Shown here: one piece after another, positions 12,501 to 26,865 of the stretch
Layout of the letters: every line of letters starts with the position of its first letter
How positions within the stretch are numbered: the first letter of the stretch is position 1
Origin: Octopus sinensis
Lineage: Eukaryota
NCBI RefSeq assembly: GCF_006345805.1
Contig: NC_042999.1
Coordinates: 28,272,001-28,336,000 of the forward strand
Length of the DNA: 64,000 bases
Direction: 5' to 3'
Notes under the pieces: generated by a model
What the model was told of the DNA's origin: nothing
Seen by the model: only the letters and a program-made list of their open reading frames with translations
Database searches by the model: none
Translations under genes and position numbers: made by a program

Positions 12501-13708
12501 TAGAGTGTGTAAGACAGATTTATGTTTATATAAAGAAAAACAAAACAGATATATGATAGCAGATAACTTTATTTATCAAAAAATGCAATGAGGATAAAGA
12601 TAAACCCTCTTTTCTAGAATGTTATTCAGTAAAGCCACCTTCAGCTTCAACAACTGCTTCTATATGAGATCTAAATCATCTATATGCTCGAATCAAGTGG
12701 TCCTTGTTCATTTTGGACATTACTCTGATTGTGGCAGCTTTCAAAGTATCTTTAGTTTTATGGGCGTGTTCCTTGACCTCTCTTTCAACAACGATCCACA
12801 TGAAATAGTCCAATGGATTGAGATCTGAGGAATTAGGAGGCCAAATGTTTTCAGCCATCAATTCCTGTGTTACTAGAGCCATGTGTGATAATGCAGAGTC
12901 TTACTGAAACATGTATGGCTTTCCATTGCGTACACTGCCTATCCAGGACTTAATAATTGTTTCCAGGACCTCGATGTAGGCGGCAGAGTTAACTCGAAGT
13001 AAGGAGACATCACATGTCCTTCATTGCTGATAATCCCTAAAACTATGAGAGTTGCAGGAAATTGGTTATGCATAACACTTAGAACTTGAGAATGGTCTGC
13101 ACATGATCTGTCATTTCTGCATATAACTTTTTGATCTTGGTCGAAATCTTTCTCCTTTGAGAAAAACCAAATCAAATTTCCTTCTGCTGGATTTTTCAGT
13201 TTGTTTAAGAGCCTTTTAGATCTGATTTAATGATTTTCTTTAGCTTATTCTGACAAATTGACCTTTCCTCATCATATGTGGCTTACATCTGATGTCTTTG
13301 TGGACAACATTTCTGACTGTTCCTTTCGACACATGGAGATCTTTTGCCACTGACCTTATGGAATTTCTGGGATTATAATCAATGGTCTGTTGAACTTGCT
13401 GGATAAATTCAAGTGTTCTGATGATTTTAGAGCCTTTAGATGCTTTGATGCTCGTGATACGCTTCCATCTTCAATCTCTAACTCCTTACAAACTTTGTAG
13501 ACGAAAGATCTGGCAACTTTTAAAAATCGAGATATTTCTAAATCTCTTTGCTCAGCCTTTAAAACAATAGCAGCATGCCTCTTCATTTCTTGGTTAAGCT
13601 GATGGTCTGCCATTATCATTTTATGAAACAAAGATTATACAGTGTTAGCATAAAAAATACAGCAATGACCTCAAAAAAGGTATGCCCTCAAATACCTTAC
13701 ACACCTTG
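12501..13708 (-). mobile_element. Tc1/mariner DNA transposon relic, DD37D (maT)-like
   Basis: TA flanks; degenerate TIRs tagagtgtgtaag / cttacacaccttg; transposase fragments EMKRHAAIVLKA..ISRFLKVARSFVYKV, WFFS.EKDFDQDQK, FQ*DSALSH..WPPNSSDLNPLDYFMW; stops and frameshifts. Confidence 0.88.
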
Positions 13709-14569
13709 TATTGATACAAGATTACTGACACATGCTTTATGAAACATACATGCGCGGATATTCACGCAAACACACTGTCACGGGCACAAACACACACTCG
13801 TGTATGTACATCTTTATGTGTTATTATTTGTGTTCTCGTGTTAACAGCTTTTCAAATTCTTAGAACAGAGCTTTTACAATATTCCTTTCGACTCCCCAAG
13901 TTTAATCTTGCCTATCACAAACATTTACTGCCTTTTATAACCAAATGCTTCCAGTCGAATCCGTTTCAGCAAGGTACTTCTAATAAAAAAATATGAGTTC
14001 ACGATTTCTAATTTGTTGTAGGCGAATCTGTGTTTGTGTGTGTGAGTGTGCATGCATGTTTATGAATACACACATACATACACACACACACACATATATA
14101 TATATATTCATATATTCATATGCATGCATGCATCTATACACGCATTCATAAATGTATGTAGACAAATAGAAAGTCAGATAAGATATAAATTCATACATAT
14201 TTATGAATAACCAGATTATCCGTTGTAAACAGCAAGTTTCACTATAATAGGACCTTTACATAGACACAAATACAAACACACTCATATGTGAGTGTACGCG
14301 AGCGAGTATGTGCTAAGAGAGGGATAGAAAGGGATAGAAAGATGGAGAGTGAAAGAAAGAAAGAGAGAGAGAGATAGAGAGAGAGGAAATGAGGAAAATA
14401 ATGGGGGAAGAGATCAATATTAAACGTTGCATATCTTAAAAATATATTCGTATTCTCGCATGAAATGTTTAACATGTATCACCTATTTCCACAGAATAAC
14501 AATCAGGAAGTATATAAATGATTAGTTTCTTAAGAGGTCTTTGAATGTAACTCTCTAGAACCAAGAAAA

Positions 14570-14586
14570 AAAATTATATGTGTATA

Positions 14587-14657
<71 letters not shown>

Positions 14658-14770
14658 TATATATATATATATACATACATACATATATATATATACATAT
14701 ATATATGTATATATATATATGCATGTATATATGTATATATATACGTGAGTATATATTTATATGTATATAT

Positions 14771-14810
<40 letters not shown>

Positions 14811-14967
14811 ATATATATATATGCGTGTGTGTGTAGGTATAAATATATATGTGTAGTTATATATGTACACAAACACACATTCATACACAGACACACACAC
14901 ATATATTTATTAATATTAATGATGATGATGACGACGACGTTGCTGCTGCTGATGTTGATGATAATGT

Positions 14968-15016
<49 letters not shown>
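14570..15016. repeat. (TA)n and (GAT)n microsatellites
   Basis: Direct reading. Confidence 0.9.
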
Positions 15017-15699
15017 AAAGGTAGTAACAATAACAATAAAAAAAGAGTAATAACCAGGGTAATAGACATGTGAAAAAGAACATGGAAGTTTTAGTTAATT
15101 AGAAATAAATCATTGGTGATACAATTTCGATATTCTTCACATTCTTTGGAGTAGAAAAATTACAGACATACATAAATAAAAACAGAAAAATAAACACACA
15201 CAAACAAAATAAAGAAAAAAAAAAACAAATCGATACTACAATATCATGCGATACATTTTTTTTTTGTTCTTTCTTATTTGCCAACGTCTGCAATTTCGAT
15301 GTACAAATCAATGATATCTTGGTGTTTCTTCTGTTTTCCATTTGATTGATTGTATAGGGTCAAATACCTGCCTATTCTGCTTCATTGAGCACAGTTAAAG
15401 TTATAGAGCGCTCAACAACAAAAATGGCGTTGGCGCTGTGACCTGTTCTTTCCTTTTATCCGTGTTTATAAGTTCTGAAGCGAGTCAAGACGAATTTATC
15501 GTTATATATTATTTTATTTTTGTTAATGCTTCCTAATGTAGCTACCCTCTAGTTTATCGTTTCATATATTCTGTTTATACTTTGTTATGCAGTTCAAGAT
15601 AAATTTATTGTTTTATTGTCATAATATCCATATAATCTAGTTTCAATTTATCATTTATATTGTCACATTGTTGTGTTCCTGTATCATTTCATAGTAAGT

Positions 15700-15958
<259 letters not shown>

Positions 15959-16006
15959 AGAAAATGATAAGAGAAAGGGATAAATCATTTTCTGATGAAC
16001 ATCAAT

Positions 16007-16085
16007 AGCTTACAGCTGTTTCTGCTATAACTTGCATTGAACTCATTTGAGTGCCTGAGTAACATCTTATTGCTTCATCGGAGCC
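16007..16085 (-). ncRNA. Minimal hammerhead motif (core CCGAUGA)
   Basis: Minus strand: ggct-CCGATGA-a-gcaataa...ttatagc-a-GAAACAGCTGT-A-agct; palindromic stem III ACAGCUGU; GUA triplet. Confidence 0.6.
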
Positions 16086-16940
16086 TCAAACATAAAGGGT
16101 CATTTAAAACAATTACATTCATGCAAATACACAGAAAAAAAAACATTATCTATGGGAAATCATACACCCATGTGGTGGATGAAATCCAGGAGCTCCTCCC
16201 ATAATTAGTATAAGATTAATTTTAAAATGTGTATAAAGATAGGTATACACTGTTATAGATAAACAGTAATTAGATCAACCAGTAAAAAAATCTCTATAGA
16301 CGCCCAAAGTATACACATACACACACATAACACGCACATACACATATATATGTACACGTAAATATATAGACATCCAGAGAGACATGCATGCTTACACACA
16401 CACACACACACATACACACACACGCATATACAAATGCGGAGATATAGAGAAATGTACGTATATAGCTACTTGAAAGAAAGGTTATTAGCTGTGGGAGTAC
16501 GCACATTTATTTATTTACTTATTTAGAGAAATAGAAATGGGACAAAATCAGGCAAATGGAGGGAGAAGGATCAGATTCCCGAGCAGAAAATAAGAGATAG
16601 ACAAACATGCCAGGTAGTTAAAGTTAGAGGTGATTTAGTGAATAGTGGGATTCTAGTGTAGTGTATAGATTTAGTGAATCATATTTCGAAAAGCTTGATT
16701 ATGTTATTACTTAGATTCGTTTATAAGTGAGAATAAATGTTCTAAGAATCTTAAGTTCTAATAGGTCAACAATTTCGAGTTACGTCCATGACAATTTGAC
16801 AAGTGCCAAGCAGGAAACTCTAAACACTTGAGTCACTTTGCAACTTTTTCCAGACAGTGGCGGTGCTCTAGCATAGGCTGAAGCTTATAAATGATTTTGG
16901 ATTCATTTTGCTGTTTGCATTACTAAAACTCCATACATGT

Positions 16941-17112
16941 AGGCGTAGGAGTGGCTGAGTGGTAAGTAGCTTGCTTACCAACCACATGGTTTTGGGTTCA
17001 GTCCCACTGCATGACAACTTGTGCAAGTGTCTTCTACTATAGCCTCGGGTCGACCGAAGCATTATGAGTGGATCTGTTAGACGGAAACTAAAAGAAGCCC
17101 GTGGTATATATA

Positions 17113-17158
<46 letters not shown>

Positions 17159-17378
17159 ACGAGTGTGTATATGTTTGTGCGTCTATGTTTGTCTCCCCAA
17201 CATCGCTTGACAACATATGCTTGTGTGTTTACCTCCCCGTAACTTAGCGGTTCAGCAAAAGAGACCGATAGAATAAGTACTAGGCTTACAAAGAATAAGT
17301 CTTGGGGTCGATTTGCTCGACTAAAAGGCGGTGCTCCAGCATGGCCACAATCGAATGATTGAAGCAAGTAAAAGAGTA
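16941..17378 (+). mobile_element. SINE family B, full length
   Basis: Head, CORE-like segment, short TA/TG spacer and 3' half all present. Confidence 0.9.
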
Positions 17379-17627
17379 TATAACACTGTATATGCATGCA
17401 AAAAATGACTGCATCTTTCTATATGACGTATTTGAATATGTCTGTGCTTTGACACGGTTATACTTGCTTCTTCATAATTCACCTGTGTAACCTTTGTCTC
17501 GCATGCTTGTAATCAGTCTTTGTCTTTTGTTTCAGAATATTCTGTGTCATAAGTTTCCGCATCGTATCACAGGTTTATACGAAAATGCATTCATCCATTC
17601 ATTCATTCATTCTTTCATTCATTCACT

Positions 17628-17890
17628 CTTCTTCTTCTTCTTCTTCTTCTTCTTCTTCTTCTTCTTCTTCTTCTTCTTCTTCTTCTTCTTCTTCTTCTTC
17701 TTCTTCTTCTTCTTTGCTCCTTTTAATCCTTATTTCTCTTGTCGGTCTCTTTGTCGTCGTCATCGTCGATGTCGTCCTTCTCCTCCTCTCCTCTCTTTCC
17801 CACCCCTCCCCTTCTCCTTCTCCTTAACCACCACCACCACCACCACCACCACCACCACCACCACCACCACCACCACCACCACCACCACCA
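17628..17890. repeat. (TTC)n and (ACC)n trinucleotide arrays
   Basis: Direct reading. Confidence 0.95.
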
Positions 17891-18184
17891 GTAACAGCAG
17901 CATCAGCATTTTTATATATATCATTCTCTAGTTATTTCTTATTTTTTTTCCCACCTCTATCTCTTTTCCGCAATATCCAAGTAACGTCGGCCATGTTTAG
18001 ACAATCGAATTCTCTAACTCTGAATGAATGATTCATTAAGTACTTCCTACTCTATCGATTTCACTTTTACTGTCGTCTACTAATACACACACACGAATCA
18101 TTATACTATGAAACTAACTGTTACACTACACTAGTCAGAGCATTTAGATGCAGAACATTGATTGATTATTTCGTTACTTAACCT

Positions 18185-18225
<41 letters not shown>

Positions 18226-18796
18226 TATATATATTATATATATATATATATATATTATAAATAGAGATACGGCCAAATGTTACAGTGACATTTTTACAAT
18301 GAACTTTGTCACGCCTCTCTTTCTCTTTGTCTTTCCTTCAATTTTTTTCTTTCCGTGTCTCGCTTCGTCTCTGTCTTTGAATTTCTCATTCCCTGTCTTT
18401 ACCATTCTCGGTCTTTCAAATGCACAGGTATCTCGTAACAGCGTATGATCATCTATCGTCATCTACTATCAGGTTGCTGAACCTGATCGGAATAGTAACC
18501 AAATTTGTTAATTGAAAATTTGCTTCTGTGATCTACGAAAGAGCATGTTGGATATTTTAGTTCCAGTTAAGCTATGCCTTAACGATGAGAATGAGGTGGA
18601 TTTTGCAGGTATGTATTGGATCACATCTCTACTAGGTCAGCTGAAAAGAGTGAGCAACAACATCATTAACTAGTTAAGTAAGCTTTTTACCATACGCTAT
18701 TGTTGACTACGAAGACGTATGAATTTATTGTGTTATAATTATATTATTTCCCAAGATTTAAAAAATCGTTCAAATAATTTAGTACATATATTCATA

Positions 18797-19274
18797 GGCG
18801 TAGGAGTGGCTGTGTGGTAAGTAGCTTGCTTACCAACCACATGGTTCCGGGTTCAGTCCCACTGCGTGGCACCTTGGGCAAGTGTCTTCTACTATAGCCT
18901 CGGGCCGACCAAAGCCTTGTGAGTGGATTTGTTAGACGGAAACTGAAAGAAGCCCGTCGTATATATGTGTGATAAATAAAAATATATGCATACATACAAA
19001 CATATATGTACGTACCTACATCTACATGTATATATACATGTATATATAAATATGTGCATGTATATATATATGTAGATGTAGGTACGTACATATATGTTTG
19101 TATGTATGCATATATTTTTGTGCATGTATATATACATGTAGATGTAGGTACGTACATATATGTTTGTATGTATGCATATATTTTTTATTTATCAGATTAT
19201 TGTCTGACAGCGCCTCGCGTCAGGTTCGTTTCGATTTGACGGCTTGTTCCACTTCTTGCCCATTTAATTTTTAC

Positions 19275-19316
<42 letters not shown>

Positions 19317-19529
19317 ATGTATGTTTGTATGTCTATGTTTGTCCCCTCAAATCGCTTGACAACCGATGCTGGTGTGTTTACGTCCCCGAAACTTAGCGGT
19401 TCCCGCAAAAGAGACCGATAGAATAAGTACTAGGCTTACAAAGGATAAGTCCTGGGGTCGATTTGCTCGACTAAAGACGGTGCTCCAGCATGGCCACAGT
19501 CAAAATGACTGAAACAAGTAAAAGAGTAA
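18797..19529 (+). mobile_element. SINE family B with expanded internal region
   Basis: Head 18797-18960, palindromic insert 18970-19194, 3' half 19330-19529. Confidence 0.9.
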
Positions 19530-19626
19530 CATAGTATATTGAATATTGAAACAGATTTTAAAACATCTGTTTCAATAGCTCTATAGATATCTTTAAATAT
19601 TTTGATGACTTAAATAGCTATCTTAA

Positions 19627-19839
19627 TACTCTTTTACTTGTTTCAGTCATTTGACTGCGGCCATGCTGGAGCACCGCCTTTAGTCGAGCAAATCGACCCC
19701 AGGACTTATCCTTTGTAAGCCCAGTACTTATTCTATCGGTTTCTTTTGCCGAACCGCTAAGTAACGGGGACGTAAACACACCAGCATCGGTTGTCAAGCG
19801 ATGCTGGGGGGACAAACACAGACACACAAACACACACAC

Positions 19840-19886
<47 letters not shown>

Positions 19887-20061
19887 ATACATATATACGC
19901 TAGGCTTCTTTCAGTTTCCGTCTACCAAATCCACTCACAAGGCATTGGTCGGTCCGAGGCTATAGCAGGAGACATTTGCCCAAGATGCCACGCAGTGAGG
20001 CTGAACCCGGAACCATGTGGTTGGTTAGCAAGCTACTTACCACACAGCCACTCCTGCGCCT
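19627..20061 (-). mobile_element. SINE family B, full length, inverted relative to the upstream copy
   Basis: Reverse-complement match to family B. Confidence 0.92.
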
Positions 20062-20674
20062 ATTTTAACATCTGTTTAAATAACTGCTTTAAATATCATT
20101 AAACATCACCTTAAATTTTTGACTTAATTTTATGTTTAATCATCGTTTTAACTACTAATATCCTTTTTACTCCGTTGTATCTATTTTAATAACGTGACAG
20201 ATTTTATATAACTGAACTAACCGAAGAAATTCTACATTTATAATAAATTAAATATTTCTACTTGAATCTATTACGATTGAATTAATTTAATCCTACTGTG
20301 CAAAGGAGTTGTTGTTTCTTCATCCAGTTAATCTGGTTATGAGAGAAATCTGCGAATCTATCTCGTCAGATTTAACACTAACAAGATTAGTATTAATGGA
20401 AGCTGGCAATTAAAGCAATGTATTTGAACAGCTGCAGTTACCAAGCTATTTAATCAGGCAACAAGACTCTAGGTGGGACTTCAAGGAAATTTGACGGCTA
20501 CTTTTGTCAGGTGTAGCAAACTATTTAAGGCTCTCTCATTGGTTTATAGCAAAGAGCTATCACTGCGCCAGTTTGTCGTGCAATATAGTGCAGTATTAAG
20601 TACTATATTCTGGGTTCACAATGAAGAAGAAATTGTAGCATATAGCATAATGTAATGTATTACACGTGTGGAGT

Positions 20675-21047
20675 GGAGGCGCAATGGCCCAGTGGTTAGG
20701 GCAGCGGACTCGCGGTCGTAGGATCGCGGTTTCGATTTCCAGACCGGGCGTTGTGAGTGTTTATTGAGCGAAAGCACCTAAAGCTCCACGATCCCTGCTG
20801 GTGATCCCTGCTGTACTCTTTCACCACAACTTTCTCTCAGTCTTATTTCCTGTTTCTGTTGTACCTGTATTTCAAGGGGCCGGCCTTGTCACTCTCTGTG
20901 TCACGCTGAATATCCCCGAGAACTACGGTAAGGGTACACGTGTCTGTGGAGTGCTCAGCCACTTGCACGTTAATTTCACGAGCGGGCTGTTCCGTTGATC
21001 GGATCAACCGGAACCCTCGTCGTCGTAACCGACGGAGTGCTTCCTCC
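20675..21047 (+). mobile_element. SINE family A
   Basis: Full match; TSD-like tattacacgtgtgg / tattacatgtgtgg; small internal rearrangement gatccctgctg x2. Confidence 0.92.
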
Positions 21048-22426
21048 TATTACATGTGTGGTATAGTAAGGCACGTAGCCACGGGGTGGGGGACTATGGG
21101 GTGCTCAGCACCCCTAGTTAGAATCCCCCCCCCCCATATGAGAATTTGTTTTATCCACTTCTGAAATAAAACATTGTCGCCGCCTTCTTTTTTCTCATAA
21201 GGAATATCTGAAGTAGTTAAAGATGCAATAATTTGAATTTCTTTTGATTTAGTCGTTAGTGATATGAAAACGTGGGTATATTAGATCTGGTCAAAGTGTT
21301 TGTTGTAGCTGTAATTGTTGTCGCTGAATTGGCTGCCGACCCGGTCATCAACTATGGGGTTGAATTAAGGAGTGGCTGACGATGAGTCAGTTGTTGTTGT
21401 GATGGTGGTGCTCATGGTAGCGACGGCGGTGGTGGTACTGGTGATTGTCCTTGTTGCTGTTAAAACTATATGAAGAATTGTAGCTGTAGTTAGAGATTTT
21501 ATGGTAGTAAACACATCACTGCACACACACACATATATATATGAACAGAGACGGACATTAAAAAGTAATTTTATTTCTATTAGTCAGAGAGGATTATTAT
21601 TCGCGAAAAAGGAAAGACAATTTTTGAAATTTCCCAAAATATACGTTCAGAAAGGATTTTTCAGGTGAGAACTTTCACTGAATAATTTTTCTTATTTCTT
21701 TGAACAAAGTTTATACTGAAATCATTTTGTGTTAAACTAAAAATGTATAACTTTGAAGAAATTGAAAAAAAATAAATGCTTGAACTGAAACCTCTTATGA
21801 GTTTAGTTTAAAATTACATAAATTTTAAGAAATTGTTACTCTTACTACGATATTCTACCTTAGAATTCCTTATTTCGAATATCAGTGCCCAAAAATAATG
21901 AATCACTACCGAAAAAGAGAACTGAAGCAATCATTGCTGAATTTCCAATCTGATTCGTCTAATAATGATAAACAGAAGAGAATTGCAGAGATAAACGGAA
22001 GAGCTGATCGGAAATTTTCCTAAAGGTAACCAATTCAAATTTACGGAACATAGTAAATTTACCACCCTAGTAGACCTTCGCCAGATTTGAACTCATAAAG
22101 AAAGGAACCGGAGACGTTGACCTCGATTGGTACTTTTTCTTTTTTATCGAACCTGGAAGATAAAAAGCAAAACTGACTTTGGTAGAATTTCAACTCGAGC
22201 AGTTTTATCGAATGCTCTCAACATTGTTCGTGTTTGTCTGTCGTGTAATATGCCGTAACAAGTATAAGATAGAATACAATAGACTACCCGTGACCCGTTG
22301 GATCACTGACAGTTCAGATTATAAAACATTAAGGTCTTATTATTTACAGCATCTAATAGAAATAGAACTTCCGGGATAAATGCTGTTACTCTAGTAACAG
22401 CATTTATTTATGGTATATGTGCACAC

Positions 22427-22697
22427 GGATCTTTTCGGTTTGAACGGCAGTTTTTTTCTAGCGGTGTCATATGAAATTGTCACCCATAGTTATGACTCTA
22501 GTATCGATCTATTGCATTTCAATCTGTTTTAGGGTTAGGGTTAGTTAAGGTTAGTTATCTTACAAACTATAGAATTTTCTCAATAAAGCCAAGAGAAAAA
22601 GATGTTTTATAAACACATTCTACCAGTATACGAAGTGTAAAATTTTTTAGTTACCTAGAAATTATGTTAAAAACTGCCGTTCAAACCGAAAAGATCC
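22427..22697. mobile_element. Merlin-like MITE (271 bp) with internal TTAGGG-like tract
   Basis: 29-bp perfect TIR ggatcttttcggtttgaacggcagttttt; 8-bp TSD gtgcacac (22419-26, 22698-705). Merlin assignment inferred from GG-starting TIR plus 8-bp TSD. Confidence 0.85.
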
Positions 22698-22992
22698 GTG
22701 CACACTTCTACAAAAATGCAAAAGGAATTGTTATATAATATAAACTTAAAATTAATGGAAACAATTTTCCCATTTCAGGGTTACGTTATTTCAGTATATT
22801 TTCCCATTAGGCACTGTCTTGTCTATCTCAGGAATCCGTAGTTCGATTTTACGCGAGACTTGTTTTTTTCCGTTTGTATTCACAATTCAGGTACATCTTA
22901 TTTCAGAGTATTTCCCACTATACGTTGGTTTGGCTGTTGGTTTGGCTGTATTAACTAATTGACAAGATCGCAAGTAAGCACACAAACAAAAC

Positions 22993-24655
22993 TGGCGTAA
23001 CTTGAGAAGTTAACACTCCGCCCAAATTTGTTGGCACATAACTTCCAGAGAAATGGGTTGTTTATAACGAAATTTTCAACAAATGCCGCTTAGATGATGT
23101 GGATTCGGAGTATTTAGGGATTTATGGGAAAACCTTTTCAAGGAGGTAAGGAGAGGAGTTTCCGACTTTTTTGCCTCAAAACTTTCAGGAAATACAATAC
23201 CTTGCAGACGGCATAGATTACTATTATAAAGAAATCTGAAGGGAGAATTTTTCTATGGGTGTAGGGAGAGGAGTTTCGAAAAACTGAGTTTCTGATCTGG
23301 AAAACAAAATGTTGGAACTACTCCGTTTTTCTTAAACCACTGACTTGGAAATTATGTGGTCGAAGAACATCTTTTTATGAAAAAAAAAGTTTAAAAATTT
23401 AACCCCCCCCCCACATACACACCTCATCATCCCACTCTAGAACTATTTTGGTAATTCTTTGTGCTTCAAAACCACAGGAGGAACTTTTCGGTAAAAAAAC
23501 ATATATTTTAAAAATTGTTAATATTTTCAGAGGAGAAAGTGAGTGATTTAATGGAGATTTGGCTGTTGTTTCTAGCACATCCCCAGACAACTCACCTCGT
23601 TCCTTTCTCACTCTCGAGTGTATTGATGTTTTTCAATATTCTTCTCCCCATAAATACATTTTTATGATATAAAAAAAATTGAAAAAATTTGAATTTTTCG
23701 CAACCACGCTTCCTGCCACCGATTGTTTCTATTTATAAATTAAAATACTGGAGAACCTGAGAAGGTTATTGTTGGCATTTATTGACATGGTATGTAAACA
23801 ATAATTCATTTTAATAGCGTACTTTTCTCTTAGAAAATGTTTTTTTCTTACACTCACGCACGGCTTCTCTTGACTGATTTGGGTGTAAAAATTAAAATTA
23901 CAATGTTTTATTGTTGCTTATATTCCACCAATGCACCACGCATTGTTACTTCGGCATCATCATTCCATAAATTGTTTAACGGGAGAAAAATATTGAGAAA
24001 GCATCAATACATGTGAGAGTGAAAACGGAGGGTGGTTTACAAGGTGCTAGAAATAAACAGCCAAATCTCCCTTGAATCGTACAGCTTTTTCTCTGAAAAT
24101 TTTTACATTTTTATTTTTTACCGAAAAGGTTCGTCACATGGTTTCTAAGTTTTAAAAAATGGGTAAAATCGGTCCGGAGAGGATAGTGAGGAATTTCAAA
24201 AACTCTCAAAATCTTTTTTCATAAAAAGATGTCACAACTTTATCATTTCAAATGCTGTGGTGGAATGTAAATTGGGAAAAATCTCCCTGAAAAGGGAGTA
24301 GTTCCAACTTATTTAATGTTCCTTATCTGAAACTCCTCTCCTGCCCACCTCGGAAAAGATTTTCCACACAAATTTCTTTATAACTGTAATCTATGCCGTT
24401 TGAAAGGTATTTGTGTAAAATTTCATTAAAAGAAATCCATTTTCCTGGAAGTTACGAGGAAAAATAATCGGATCGTGTGTATTTTCTGAAACTCCTATCC
24501 CCATCGCTTCGTAAAAAGTTTTCCCATAAATCCTTACATACTCTAAATTCAGAGCATGTAAGCGGTATTTGTTGAAAGTTTTATCAGAAAGTATCCATTT
24601 TTCTGCAAGTTATGAGGCAACAAAATCGGTGGAGTACATATCTGTAGTTATGCCA
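22993..24655. mobile_element. Foldback-like element with ~660-bp imperfect inverted arms
   Basis: Nested complementary blocks: tggcgtaact/agttatgcca, ggagaggagtttc/gaaactcctctcc, cggcatagatta/taatctatgccg, ttttcggtaaaaaa/ttttttaccgaaaa, ggagatttggctg..ctagcac/gtgctag..cagccaaatctcc. Confidence 0.75.
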
Positions 24656-24660
24656 CCAAA

Positions 24661-24921
24661 AGACTAACCCGTGTTCACAGCGAAGGGCAATGACTCCAGG
24701 ATTTATTGCTTAAATTTTTGGGAACAAACCCCCAAATGAACGCGTACCTCGGAAACTCGTACTTCGATTTACACAAAAATTTGTTATATTCCGTTTGTAT
24801 TCAAATCTTATGGGCACTTTACTTTCAGAATATTTTCCCATTTTGCGCCGGTTTAGCTGTCTTAAATGACAGACAAGCAAGCAAACAAGCAAGCAATCAC
24901 AGAGTTTTAGTAGTATATAGA
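24661..24921 (-). mobile_element. Non-autonomous Helitron-like element
   Basis: Minus strand begins a|tctatatactactaaaac followed by a (TTGC)n/tgtc tract and ends gccc..cgggttagtct; related internal segment at ~22820-22985. Confidence 0.45.
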
Positions 24922-25276
24922 TAGATAGACGGGAGTCGTTCTGAACAAGATTTTGTAATGTATAGAATAATGAAATGTAGTGTAGTGCAAGGTTGTACAT
25001 CAACATATTGCAATATAATGTAGTATTGCGCAATAAGTAAATATTTTAAAGGTACTGTATTGTAGGGATTTATAAATACTAGCAGTGCTACACATATTTA
25101 CATGCAGGTAAAAGATTTTAGTTTATGCCTTAAGCCAATCGTCTATTTCTATATTCAAATATTTCCTTATTCAAGGTTTGGATAGATGCTTTCCTTCAAG
25201 TTTACTTCTTCCTCACGGCATATTTAGAAATGACAACATGATTTCAAAAAAAATTGCCGTTGCAGCAACACCAGCA

Positions 25277-25280
25277 GTAA

Positions 25281-25340
<60 letters not shown>

Positions 25341-25341
25341 C

Positions 25342-25386
<45 letters not shown>

Positions 25387-25495
25387 GGTGGTGGTGGTAG
25401 AAGTAGTAGTAGTAGTGGTAGTAGTAGTGGTAGTAGTGGTAGTAGCAGCAGCAGCAGCTGATAATGATGATGATGATGATGACGGTGATGATGAC

Positions 25496-25580
<85 letters not shown>

Positions 25581-25697
25581 ATGATGATGATGATAATGAT
25601 GATGTTGATGATGATGAGGATGAAGATGATGATGATAATGATTATGATGATGATGATGATGATGGTGGTGATGTTGACAATGATGATGATGATTTAA
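25277..25697. repeat. (TAG)n-(TGG)n-(CAG)n-(GAT)n trinucleotide mosaic
   Basis: Direct reading; explains the poly-V/D/M ORFs. Confidence 0.95.
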
Positions 25698-26865
25698 ATG
25701 CTGATGCTCTATAGCATGTTTTTAAGTTTGTTATAGACTCTGCGAAGCTTAAAACGAGATCTTTTAGTTTAGAGAACAGAAAATGTTCGTAGATTCAGGT
25801 GGCAGCAGTGAAAATATTTATAGATAACACGCTAATGTAATGCACTTTTGATATCATGGGGGTTGGTTGGACGGATGCTTGGAGGAAGTCCGTGTTTGAC
25901 ATTATAACATTGTGAAGAAATAAATTCACCTGTCTTCGTGGTTATATTACCCAAGTTCATTATTCACTAGAAATGTAGCAGGTATTGAAATAAAGTTGCC
26001 ACACACACCCACACGTATATATGCATATACCAGCCACAAACACACACCTACACACACATATGTGTGTATATGTATGTGTGCGTCTATCTATGCATATATA
26101 AATGTATATGTACATACACATGCATGTATATATATATATATAAACCATTTAAGTCCTGCTCTATGTAAGCTATTACTCGTCGCAAGAGACCTCATAATAA
26201 AACTTTGGGAAATATATGGCAGTTTAACAATAGCAATAGAATATATAAAATAACAGAAAATCCCCATTTCTTCTGAACATAGAGACGTAGGCAACTACTT
26301 ATCTTGTTATTTCTTGCCACAGAACAGAAAGGAAAATGAAATTTCGTCAACCAAATTCTCCTTTACGATTTAATGACCAGCTTTAGCAATATCACTTTAA
26401 CCGGTATATTTTTGGATGATATGTGTGAGATAAAATATTGTTGTCAGTTTTTATTTACTTTTACTCTTCTTGTCAGTTTTTACTTTTACTCCTCTTGTAT
26501 TACTTTGTCGGTTAATTTCTTCTGAAACCCAACAATGTGCAAAATTTCAAATTCAACGATCAGCTATAAAAAGGATTTATATGGACATCACAGCTGGAAC
26601 TAATTCATTCTGACGTTCAAATCCTTTGGCGCACGTTGCCCACTGTCTTCTACGAGGCTATCACGTGATGTTTCCATTTTTATGTTTTAACGCAAACGTT
26701 AGAGAATTAATTTCAAAAGTAAGCTTTTTCACATGACATTTGATGTTTGTTTAAGACACCATCAAATCCGTGTATTCACAATGTTTCGACACTGTTTTAA
26801 TCTACTTGTAAAAAAGTGGGTAGCAGGAAAAGCTGAACAGATATTTTGAAAAATCAGAAATACTC

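Noticed and set aside
15410-15450. AAAATGGCG (YY1-like/start-like) motif
   Set aside because: ORF stops after five codons; no other promoter evidence
17536-17572. Strong polypyrimidine acceptor (tctttgtcttttgtttcag) followed by a possible 37-nt microexon
   Set aside because: Weak donor, no partner exons, cannot be supported without RNA data
22529-22556. TTAGGG tracts as a true telomere or chromosome-fusion site
   Set aside because: Short, degenerate and enclosed within TIR/TSD-bounded MITEs
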